From assembly GCF_028641065.1 (NCBI RefSeq), contig NC_073416.1, positions 6,758,001-6,822,000 on the forward strand: 64,000 bases of DNA, in the 5' to 3' direction. Below the pieces are notes generated by a model. It was not told the DNA's origin. It was given only the letters and a program-made list of their open reading frames with translations, and ran no database searches. The DNA is from Leucoraja erinacea. Its lineage: Eukaryota. Of this stretch, positions 36,826 through 47,650 are shown piece after piece. How positions within the stretch are numbered: the stretch's first letter is position 1; every line of letters begins with the position of its first letter. A program made the position numbers and the translations under genes.

Positions 36826-39800
36826 CATTACATCAAAATGGCGGCGCACACAGTTGCAGCGGCTCGATGTCCCCCCGGTCAGTACTTCGTTATTTTTTGT
36901 GTATGTGTACGTGTTGTTTTATGCTCCGTGTACTTATTGTCGGGCGAACAACGCCTACGGCTGGCAGGATCTTCTTAGGATTGGAGCCGGTCGCGAACGG
37001 GAGGTTACCGCCGAGTTTGTCCGCTCATATGAGATCCCAGCGGACATAGCAAGGAGCCCCGACTCTCCATGGATCACCATCCCCGCGCGGAGGAGGCGAA
37101 GACGGCGCAGAGATAGAAGGCAAAAGCGAGGCTGCAGGGCCGGCGCGCTAGCGAGGCTACGGAGGCAGCCACTGAAACCACCGCTTCCCAGCCTGTTTCT
37201 ATCGAACGCCAGATCCCTCGCTAACAAGATGGATGAACTGAGGCTACAGACTGCAGCTAACAACGTCGTGAAGGACAGCAGTATCCTGTTGATCACGGAG
37301 ACCTGGCTTCATTCTTTCATTCCGGACTCTGCTATCGAGCTAGCAGGCTACACAGCACAGCGTCATGACAGGACAAGAGACTCTGGTAAGAGCAGAGGTG
37401 GAGGGCTCTGTGTGTACGTGAACAACACCTGGTGTACAAACACGGTGATTGTGGACAGTCACTGCTCCCCGAACCTGGAGTATGTGACTGTTATCTCCCT
37501 AGAGAGTTTACTGTTGTCATGATAACTGCTGTGTACATACCACCGGATGCTAATGCTAACTCGGCTATCGGTCATTTGTATGGTAGCATTAGCAGTCAAC
37601 AGAGCATATATCCTGACGGTGTTCACATCATAGCAGGGGACTTTAATCACGCGGACTTGAAGAAAATGCTGCCCAAATTCTACCAGCATGTTAAATGTGC
37701 TACAAGAGGAGCTAACACACTGGACAAGGTCTACTCCAACATCAAGCTGGGCTACAGGGCTAGACCACTACCACACCTGGGCCAGTCTGACCATATGTCC
37801 CTGCTCTTAATTCCTGCATATGCCCCCCTCAGGAAAACCGCTCCTACTATTACAAAGACCATCACAACCTGGCCTGATGGTGCTTCTCAGCAGCTGCAGG
37901 ACTGTTTCGACAGGACCAACTGGGAGGTGTTTGAACACCGGGACCTGGAGGTGTTCACAGACAGTGTACTGTGTTACATTAACAACTGCATGGACACTGT
38001 CACAGTGGACAAACGCATCCGGGTCTACCCCAACCAGAAGCCCTGGATGACCCGGGAGGTCCAGCGGCTGTTGAAAGAGAGGAACACTGCTTTTAGGTCT
38101 GGCGATAGGGCTTTATACAGCACGGCCCGAGCTGACCTGAAGAGAGGCATCAGAGAGGCCAAATCAAACTACAGGAGGAAGATAGAGGACCACCTAGACA
38201 GTAACAACAGCAGGCAAGTGTGGCAGGGGATCCAGTATCTCACCAACTATAAGACCAACCTTGGAGCTGTTGAAGGTGACGCCTCGTTGGCAGAGGAGCT
38301 GAACCACTTCTTTGCTCGCTTTGAAGTGGAGCCACCCGAGACAGCCACATCACAGCACATGGTCTACAGCAGCCTAACCCTCAAGATAGAGGAGCATGAG
38401 GTGAGGCGCACGCTGCAGGCCATCAATCCAAGGAAGGCTACTGGACCTGACGGCGTCTCTGGACGCGTGTTGAAGGACTGCGCAGACCAGCTGGCTGGAG
38501 TCTGTACGAGGATTTTTAACCAGTCTCTGGCCCAGTCCACTGTTCCACCCTGTCTGAAGTCCTCCACCATAGTCCCCTTGCCCAAAAAAAACAACATCTC
38601 CAGCCTCAACGACTACCGGCCAGTCATACTCACACCAGTGGTGATGAAGTGTTTTGAAAAACTGGTCCGGGGTCATATCACATCACTCCTGCCCCGAAGC
38701 TTTGACCCCCACCAGTTTGCGTACAGAGCAAATAGATCTACAGAGGACGCTGTAGCCACAGCTCTCCATGCTGCACTGTCTCACCTGGAGCAGCGGGGGA
38801 GCGACGTGCGGATGCTCTTTGTGGACTACAGCTCTGCTTTTAATACCATCCTTCCCCACAAACTGGTGGACAAACTGGGGGACTTGGGACTTCCACACTC
38901 CACCTGCACGTGGATAAATAGCTTCCTGTCGGGTCGCAGCCAGAGAGTCAGAGTGGGCCATCATACATCCACGGCCCTCAGCCTCAGTACCGGCTCTCCA
39001 CAGGGCTGCGTACTGAGCCCCCTGCTCTACACCATCTACACACATGACTGCACCCCCGCCCACCACAGCAACACCATTGTCAAATTTGCGGATGACACTA
39101 CGGTGGTGGGACTCATCTCCGGGGGGGACGAGTACGCCTACCGGGATGAGGCGGAGCAGCTGACAGTGTGGTGTGAAGAAAATAACCTGCTCCTCAACAC
39201 CTTAAAGACAAAGGAATTAATAATAGACTTTAGGAAGAATAAAACTGACATGGTACCATTGATTATCAGAGGGGACTGTGTGGAGAGTGTGGCGGATTTC
39301 CGCTTCCTGGGAATCCATATTGAGGAGGACCTGACATGGAGCGTGAACACCACTGCGCTGCTGAAAAAGGTCCAGCAGAGACTGCACTTCCTGAGGGTGC
39401 TCAGGAAGAATAACATCACTCAGAGACTGCTGCTGTCCTTTTATCGGTGCTCCATTGAGAGAATACTAACATACTGTGTATGCGTGTGGTACACCAGCTG
39501 CACAGCGGCTCAGAGGAAAGCGCTCCAGAGGGCCATTGACAACGCCCAGAGGATTGTCGGCTGCCCTCTCCTTACCTTGGAGGACTTACACAGTTCCTGC
39601 TGCATCAAAAAATCCCAGAGTATCATAAAGGACATTTCCCACCCCGGACACTCCCTGTTTGAACTGTTGCCGTCAGGCAGACGGTACAGATCTACAAGGA
39701 CAAGGACGAACAGACTAAAAAACAGTTTTTACCCCACTGCTATAAAAGCACTAAATGTAGCCGCCAAGGAACGCAGGGGCGATACATACTAAGGGACTGT

Positions 39801-40030
39801 GGTACACTGTGAAATCAACAGAAGGATGGAGGGTTGGGTGTTTATGCGTGCTATTTTCGTGATATTTATTTTAGTTGTTTATCTTTTAATATTTTATCTT
39901 GTATGTATCGTTAGCTTTTAGAAATGTTTGAATGGTGCACTGACTGGCTGACATTTTAAAATTTCGTTGTACATGGTTCATGTTACAATGGCAATAAAGA
40001 AACTATTCTATTCTATGCTATTCTATTATT
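36826..40030 (+). mobile_element. Near-full-length Rex1/Babar non-LTR retrotransposon (APE + RT), one frameshift at ~37490
   Basis: Arg-rich N-terminus. APE motifs NARSL..K, ITETWL, GGG, VYIPP, AGDFN, LD, SDH. RT motifs [34 protein letters not shown]. 5' CAAAATGGCGGC (YY1-like). 3' AATAAA + (CTATT)n. Lies in FAM186 intron 6. Confidence 0.95.
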
Positions 40031-40322
40031 TTGTTTCTCATCTGGAGCCCTGAAATGACAAGACCCATTTATGTGTATCGGGTAGTCCTTGAAAAAGGTG
40101 ATATTCAGTCTTGGGTCAGGGTTTGGATTGGACATGGTTGGGATGCATTAGGCTCAGCTGTGGGTGGGTTGTGTTTAGATTGGCTAAAGTTGGGTCAAGT
40201 TTGGATTTGCCATGATCGCATTCAGATCGACCATGGTCATATTGGGTTTGGGTTTTAATTTTTATCCCCAAGTGGACTTGCAGCTGCACTCATTCCATTA
40301 ATAATTCCTCATGTTTTGTCAG

Positions 40323-40436
40323 GAACACCCATTTATGGTCAACAAATATTGTGGATGGAAGTTTTCCGATTGCCAAGAAGGACCCTGCCACCCCGATTAT
40401 GTTCCCAGCGACGCCTAAATTAGTGACAATGGATGG
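40323..40436 (+). CDS. FAM186: FAM186-family gene, coding exon 7
   Basis: Acceptor TTTTGTCAG|. Reads NTHLWSTNIVDGSFPIAKKDPA..PATPKLVTMD (cf. FAM186B VWKTEVASSSYAIEKKTP..IPRLLTLD). Donor GG|GTAAGA; read-through gives TAA at 40438-40440. Confidence 0.87.
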
Positions 40437-40586
40437 GTAAGAATTCCAGTTTGCCATCTGTTATTCCTCTAGACGTTGTTCACTGTCTCTTACCTTTGAA
40501 AGGAATTTTCAGTGAAGAAACTGAGAAATGTAAAGTGTTATGTTTCTGATTGAAAGAATGAGAAAAGATAATATCCCTGGAGGGTA

Positions 40587-40905
40587 CAGGCCATCTCTGC
40601 GTTACAAATGCCTAACTTACAGATACCCGTCCATAAGAACGAGCTCCCATGATATTATTAAACTCAAAAGTCCAACATACAGTATGTATAAATATTCATT
40701 TCTATGAATGACAGAACTAGTTTCCTGTCTTTCTTCACTTGTGATTTTTTTTTTAATCGATCTTGTGTACTTTTGATGGCATTCTTTACATTTCTGTGGA
40801 GGTATGGTTACCATATTGCGTGATTTTTGTGTATTTTTCACTGACGGACAAAATTGACATGGGCATTTGCAAAAATGGAACCCTTTGTTACCTGGGGACG
40901 CCCCC
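40587..40905. mobile_element. Possible decayed Tigger/pogo-type MITE
   Basis: TA-flanked with imperfect TIRs CAGGCCATCTCTGCGTTAC / GTTACCTGGGGACGCCCCC. Confidence 0.45.
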
Positions 40906-41969
40906 TACAATTCTGAAAAGAGAACAAGAGCAGAGAGGTCTGGGGGTAAATCTGCATATTTTGTTCAAAGTTAAGAAAATAGAAAGCATGCATGAGGCTC
41001 ATGAAGAGAGGTATAAAGTACATGAGCAAGGAAGCAACTATGAACCTTTATAAAGCACTGGTTCAGCCACTGAGTTAACAAAAGAAATTGGGTTTTCAGT
41101 TTCTCAGTTCTAAGGCTTGGTGACTGTTCTGTTAATTGGATTCCAGTTCTGTTTGCATCAGGTATTGGACCCATCAGTAACATTTGCAGAGAGCAAATGT
41201 TCGATTTGTTGGTTTGAAAAATATCTCAACATAGTAGCAAGTTAGTCCCCAGACTTGGCCTGCATTTACACATGTTTCACACCAGTTAAGCGAGCACAAC
41301 ATCCACTGATCCCCTTGGATTTTAACAGATTAATTGACATTGGGGAATTTAAATATTAATCTTGGTGTCCCCTCAGCCATTGAGTGGCAGTTTGGTTGAT
41401 TATCATACATTTCTGTCATAAATCAGAAACCACTTCTCGCCCTTTTTTGATTTGTAAGTTTGTAGTTTCTAGGAGCAGAATTAGGCCATTCTGCCCATCA
41501 GGTCTACCCCACTATTCAATCATGGCTGATCTATCTTTCCCTCACAACCCCATTCACCGTCCTTCTCTCCATATCCTGACACCTGTTACCTACTATGATC
41601 TGTTTGTTCGCGGGATGTGGGAGTCACCAACAATGACAATATTTATTGTTCATTCCTAAATAATCCTGAACCAAGGGGACAATTAAGAGTCAACCACATT
41701 GGTGGACCTGGAGTCATAAACAGACCAGACCAGGTAATGATGGCTGATTCCCTCCCCTGAGACCCAGATAGACTTTTATGACAAAGTGATCGTTTTGTGG
41801 TTACTGTCAATGAGACATTTCAAATTATTTTTTTATTTAATTAGTTGAATTTAAATTCTTCGCCAACTGTCATGGTGGGATGTGAACTGACATCTCTGGA
41901 TCAATGGCCCAGAACTCTGGATGCTAATCCAATAACTTAACCAGTACACTGCCATACCCAATTTTACCT

Positions 41970-42023
41970 GGGGTGGGAGATTGCAACCTTCACGTGGTCC
42001 GCCCCGTTTCGACGAATGTATTC
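41970..42023 (+). ncRNA. Predicted minimal HDV-like self-cleaving ribozyme
   Basis: P1 GGGGTGG/CCGCCCC; P2 GATTGCA/TGTATTC (TGCAATC in the other copy); P3 ACC/GGT; L3 TTCACGT; minimal P4 T-TTCG-A; J4/2 CGAA with candidate catalytic C at 42013. Activity untested. Confidence 0.75.
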
Positions 42024-42110
42024 AACCTGGCATGCACAATCAAATAAGATCAAATAGAACAAGTTGTCTTACTTGTAAGTTGTGCACACCACACGCAAGA
42101 AGAAGAAGAA
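41970..42110 (+). mobile_element. ~140-bp (AAG)n-tailed retroposon headed by an HDV-like ribozyme fold
   Basis: Homologous to 25390-25524. Tail CGC(AAG)4. Confidence 0.85.
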
Positions 42111-42158
42111 AACTCACCTCTGCAGTTTTGCTTCAATCATTTTCACTATTTTCTTCAG

Positions 42159-42345
42159 CAGAAAGAATTCTTTTCGGCAAATGGTGACGAACACGCAAAT
42201 GAGTATTGTGGGAGAGAGCCTACACATACCAACAAAGAGCCTTCCTATCCCATCGGAATCATATGTCCCATTGTTCTTGGACAAAAATATGGCCTTTGCC
42301 ATCGCCACATCTTCAAACAAGTTTAATTTCTTTCAGCAGGCATAA
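42159..42345 (+). CDS. FAM186: FAM186-family gene, probable terminal coding exon 8
   Basis: Polypyrimidine tract + CAG|CAG acceptor. Phase 2 matches the exon 7 donor. Open frame RKNSFRQMV..FFQQA*. AATAAA at 42433. No homology support recognised. Confidence 0.65.
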
Positions 42346-42432
42346 ATATGTTGCTGCAATGACAGTTGGGCTTCCCTATAAGAGTCATGCTTCTGGTTCT
42401 ATTTTTGTTCTCTGTAATGTTTTCCTTGTTTA

Positions 42433-42438
42433 AATAAA
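42433..42438 (+). terminator. Candidate polyadenylation signal of the FAM186-family gene
   Basis: AATAAA ~90 nt after the exon 8 stop. Confidence 0.55.
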
Positions 42439-43394
42439 ATCAATTTAACATCAACAGATTTCAGTTCCTTATTCCAGCTCTTTCACAATGGTGATGGTTA
42501 ACAATTGTGAATATTGGAACATGATCTTTGTGTCTGTTCTGCCATTTGCAAACCAGCTTTACATCCTGCAATGGTAAGGAGCAAGCTCAGTATCTGTTCC
42601 AGCCAGGTTCCCAAGTGTTGTTTTTCAAATCAAACCCCGATAATACGTTAATCTGCAATCCTGGCCTCATGCTGGTTAAACAGATGCAAAAATCCAACTG
42701 AACCCCTTGGATTTTAGCAGGTTAATTGACATTGGGAAATTGAAGTATTAGCATGTGTAAATATTAGGAGATGCAAGGAAGCACAGATGCTGGTTAACCA
42801 ACAATACACAAAGTGCTGGAATAACTCAGCAGGTCAGGCATTTCTAGAGAACATAGACATATGACGTTTCGGGTTGGGACTCTGCCACTGTACCGCCCTG
42901 ATTTTTGATTGATCTGATATTTTTCCTTTGGTTGCAATATATATTAAACAAATCTACTCAATATTAAAATTTTGCTATTTATATAAAATTGATTAATATT
43001 CAAATATGATTTTCATTTTAATACTTTTTTTCATATAAATATATTTAAATGTTTCCAATAGTGGTTCCTGGTTCAGTTGGGAGTTTCTCGCTATACAATG
43101 TGATACTCCTGTAGACGAGCAATAGACTAGACAAGTAATAAATTAGGATAATGGAAAGTTGAGGTTAAATATTTTCACCCAGATACTGGCGGGAGTTTGA
43201 TTTAGAATACACGCATTATATTTAAAAAGTACCTGAATGAACACTTACTGTGCTGTGACCTTGATTGAGATCTGGGCAATGGGATGAGGCTGGATACTTC
43301 TTACAAGCTGCCGGCACTTACGTCGTGGGTCTAATGGCTCCCTCGGTGACTCTCAACTCCTACGATTCTATGATTATCTTTAGAATGGCGACAT

Positions 43395-43650
43395 GGAGGA
43401 ATTTCTTTATCCAGTGAATATGTGGAAATCATTGCCACAGACAGCTGTGGAGATCAAGTCATTGGGTATTTTTAAGGTGGAGGTTGATAGGCTCTTGATG
43501 AATAAGGGTGTCAAAAGTTACAGGAAGAAGGCAGGAGAATGGGGGGGGGGGGGGGTGAGAGGGAAAGATAGATCAGCCATGATTGAATGGCGGAGTAGAC
43601 TCGATGGGCCGAATGGCATAATCCTGCTCCTGCGTCCCATGATTATATGG
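43395..43650 (+). mobile_element. CR1 3' fragment
   Basis: VNMWKSLPQTAVE..IFKVEVDRLL; 3'UTR GATCAGCCATGATTGAATGGCGG..GGCCGAATGG. Confidence 0.8.
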
Positions 43651-44111
43651 AGAAAGCGCAGCAATTCGGCCACAGCCCAGCAAGTGGCGTATCCGCGCCA
43701 AATATCTTGTCTCTGTTGAAATATCGCAATTCTTTAGGGGGCACTGTCTTCAGAGGAGGACCTCGGGGGCCAAATGACAGCGGGACCTAATGCTGCCCCA
43801 GCGCCCCCGCAGCCTCGGAGGACCAGTAGGAGCGCTCGATACCTCTTTCCGACCGAGGTTCACCATTGACACCTTAGCGCCCCCTGCAGGCTGGATGACC
43901 GCAAGGGTCCTGGGCTCAGACGCGCTGAGGTCATTTGCTGGTGCGTGGCTTCAAAACTCGAGGCAGCGCCGTCAGTCTGGGAAATTGGAACAGGCGCAGT
44001 GGCGGCAGGTGCGTTGTTCGACCTGTGTGTGAGAACGAGTTTTTTTTGCCGGAAGAGCTCACCTTTGCTTGACATTTGAAAAATACAGTCAGAAGAAGAA
44101 CGCCCGATAAG
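43650..44111 (+). promoter_or_regulatory. CpG-rich promoter and non-coding first exon of an unidentified downstream gene
   Basis: Non-repetitive CpG-rich stretch. ETS-like CCGGAAG at ~44049. Strong donor AAG|GTGAGG at 44111. Followed by T-rich intron-like sequence to the window end. Confidence 0.6.
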
Positions 44112-44361
44112 GTGAGGAGAAAGAAAATCTAACATTAAAAAGTGTGTGATGTTGTGGAAATGTTGTGTCAAAAACTTGTTGGCCGGACCGAGCCACTGAA
44201 AAGGGTCAAATCGTCCTCTGGGCTTGCGGTTAAAATAAAACTAGACGACTTTTCTGCGTGTTTCTCAAGTATTCTACTATTTTGAGTGACTTATATAAAA
44301 TATAAAGTTGCGCTTTGGTGTTGTTAAATGTAATGAACTGATATCTAATTTTTCTCTGTAG

Positions 44362-44395
44362 TATTATATTTGCATCTATTAATCCACTTGTTAAG
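44362..44395 (+). other. Candidate 34-nt non-coding exon
   Basis: TTTTTCTCTGTAG| acceptor and AAG|GTGAGC donor. Confidence 0.45.
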
Positions 44396-47080
44396 GTGAG
44401 CTCCCCCGTGCCATCACATTCAGGTATTCAATATTTCTTCGTTTAATCTCAATTGCTTCTTCTCGAATGAGTCTATTCATTTTCGTGGAGTATTACCTCG
44501 GGACCAACTTTGGAAGGACTCGATGAGTAATAATTTCCAAATTAAAAGTAAAATCCAAAACGAATGTTAATGGATTCGTGAGGGGTGGCTGATGTCTATT
44601 CTCACTCTTTATTTTGCACTGATATTAAACTTCAAAATTATTCTTCTATGGCTCCATCGAATTACTGATACCTTGTGATTTGCTTTCCTGTATGTTTTAT
44701 TTCTTGATAGTGCAAAGAGTTGTTAATAACTTGACATTTGTTGTCTCCATAATACTGAATTGTGATCTGCTATTGAGTTGTGTTTTGAGAAGTTGTTTGA
44801 ATGCGTTTACACCTTTTAAAATAAAATGTCGATCGAAAATGATATCTTCAGTTAAGAAGTTGCTGGTTGTAGCCTTTTATACTTATTACTGAAAGACACA
44901 CTGAGTTAAGTCAGAGTTTCAAAAGTGTCTTTTTAATGTTAATTTATTTTCAGTGTAAGACCCATGCATGTACTGTTTCTACTTTTTGGTTTAGTGTCCC
45001 ATCTTATCATACGTTTTGTAAAGCTGCTCTGTGAGACCATTGTGGAATGAAAAATTTGCTTCAATTAAAATAACTGGAAGAATTAACAGAAAACTTGTAG
45101 AATTTACTGAGTACCTTGGGGGGGAGAGAAATAGTTTTGGGGAAATGTGACTGTAATCAAGTGACTTGTTAAATTGAGCAAATGGAATGAAACACTTCCT
45201 TATTGATGCACCTTTTATTTGTTTGGGCGGGGAAGGAAAAAAACTGGTTCAAAGAATCCTGAGATAAACACAATGCTGGAATAACTCAGCAGGTCAGGCA
45301 GCATCCCTGGAGAAAATGGTTACGTGACATTTTGGGTTGGGACCTTTTGTCAGTCATAACAGATTGAGGGGGGGGGAAGATAGCAAGTTGATGTTCCCAT
45401 TTGAGGAGATGGCTCTCAAGTCACTAAGTCAGTTGGTGTAATGGATTAACAGAAGGTTGGTTGTAGGAACACACTCTAGCTCCAATCTGATATTCCCCAT
45501 GTAATGCCATTAATACTTTGTTTAAAAATAGTACATTGTCCTTTTAATATTAATGAAAGGAAAATCTGGGAGGCTTGAATTAAAATATTTACTGTTGACT
45601 GGAAATTCCCTCCACCTTTTCCTGGTGAGTCAGAATTATGAATTGTGTACTTAAGGATGTATTATTGTGCCAGATGTTTGACTGCGATGCCAAGCTTCAA
45701 TTTAACATATAAAACAAAATGTGGGCTTGTCGAATAGACTATTCAAGTGACCTCAGCCAATGGGTTCAAGCCATGCTCCAAGTTGGTACTTAAATGCTTG
45801 ACGGAGGGGGTACTGAATAGTTCGGAATTGCTATCTGTTTACCATTTATACACTGGGATCTATCAATCTATTCAGATGGAGGGGGTGAAAAGACCCCAGA
45901 ATTTCTGGTTAATGATCAGCTGAGTTCTGGCAAAATATTTCTCCCTCGGCCAGAATTTCCACACAGATTGAGCAAATGGAATGCTGTTCGGGTTGTACAA
46001 CCAGCTGTTCGGGTTGTACAAACCAGCGACCGCGGTTGCTTGTGAAACAATGATTAAGGTGCCTTGGATGCAAGGAGCAGTGTAAATGTAAGTTGGTCAC
46101 TCCTTTTTGCATTGGATTAAGAAATGAATACAGTGCATCAGGCGGTGTCTCACCGACTGATCCCCACTGTAAAATTGTCAGCTAAGGGGAGAACTGGATT
46201 TAACTTGTATTTTTCTGTCTCCCCTTGTCAAAGCCACCTGACACTTCATCGTCTAGACAATGTGATGAGAAACTCCAGTGTGAATCACCATCCATTGGGA
46301 GAAGAGGGTGGTAGTTGCGATTATATGTAAAAGATACATAATGGTTTAAGTAATGGTTCGTGTGACAGCACAGCAAACTATGCTCAAATGGTTACGTTAC
46401 TGCCCATGTAAGGTTTGATTTGTTGATCTGCCAAAGATTGTTCCATGATGTTGAGAAGTTGCTTTTTGTTTTGTGCTCATCAACAGCTGCTGTTCTCATT
46501 TTCCAGTTGTGCAACAAAGCTGCAAAACCAGCTTGCCTTTTTTTTTAATGACTGTTAAGTTTTTAATCAAACTGACTTTCCTCTTCAACCTGACGTACAA
46601 CTTTACATTTTTCCATCCTCTGACATGGCAATTATTTGGGAAGTACGGGGAATAATTTTTGTACTTTGTACATGGTAGGCAGTGAAGCATGTGAAGTGTT
46701 TTTGGCACAAAGACTGTAATGAGATGTAATTTAGAAACCAGATTGTGGTGGGTGGGAACCACTGAAATTAAATCGCTGTGTTCTCACCATCTTCCTGTCT
46801 CCCCAGAATGTTTCCTTGCATTAACTCACCTGCAATTATCTGCCTTATTTAATTTCAATTCCTTTGAAATGTCTCTATCTCTGTATCTGTCATCCAGGGA
46901 GCACTGCACCCTGGACTGGTGATGATACACGTGCTTCCTGATGGCTGTGGTTTTGTGCCCCTCATTTGAGACTGGGATTATTCAATGCACCTTCTTGTTA
47001 TGTTGTTGCAGATTTTTTTTAATGAAGCATTTAAACTTTGGGTTCCTGTGACTGCCAACTAGGGTGGATTGCAGTGGAGT

Positions 47081-47121
<41 letters not shown>

Positions 47122-47159
47122 ATAGGGTAGCGAGGTATAAACACTTGCTGGTTTGGGGA

Positions 47160-47650
47160 TATAATAATAATAATGCATTTTATTTGCTAGCGCCTTTCTG
47201 GACACCCAAGGACACCTTACAGGACATAAAATCACAATACATTTATCAATATTAAAATCAAGTTGATTAAAAACAAAAACAAAAAAACACACAACATTTG
47301 AAGTCATGAAAATCAGGGTGAACATGGTGGAAGTTATGTCGGGTATGCTAATCTAAACAGGTGTGTTTTGAGTTGTGATTTGAATTGATCGATAGTGTCC
47401 AGGTGACGGATGGGAGGTGGGAGAGTGTTCCAGAGACGTGGGGCAGAGCAGCTGAAGGCTCTGGCACCCATGGTGCTGAGTCTAAATGTGGGGACAGTTA
47501 AAATTGCAGCTGAGGAGGAACGAAGTGACCGGGAAGGAGTGTATGGTAGCAGCAGGTCAGAGAGGTATTGGGGAGCAAGGTGGTGTAGGGCTTTGAAGGT
47601 CAGCAGTAAAATCTTGTAGTTAATCCGGTGGTGCACAGGGAGCCAGTCCC
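47160..47650 (-). mobile_element. L2-clade LINE 3' end
   Basis: WLPVHHRINYKILLLTFKAL..YLSDLL..RSLRSS..GARAFSCSAPRLWNTLP..FKSQLKTHLF. (TAT)n tail. Confidence 0.9.

Noticed and set aside
45983-46026. 21-bp tandem repeat GCTGTTCGGGTTGTACAACCA
   Set aside because: Only two adjacent units with no spacers; a simple duplication, not CRISPR.
47082-47119. Long poly-C/poly-G runs throughout the window as functional G-quadruplexes
   Set aside because: Mostly inside or next to repeats, and homopolymer length is unreliable in long-read assemblies.
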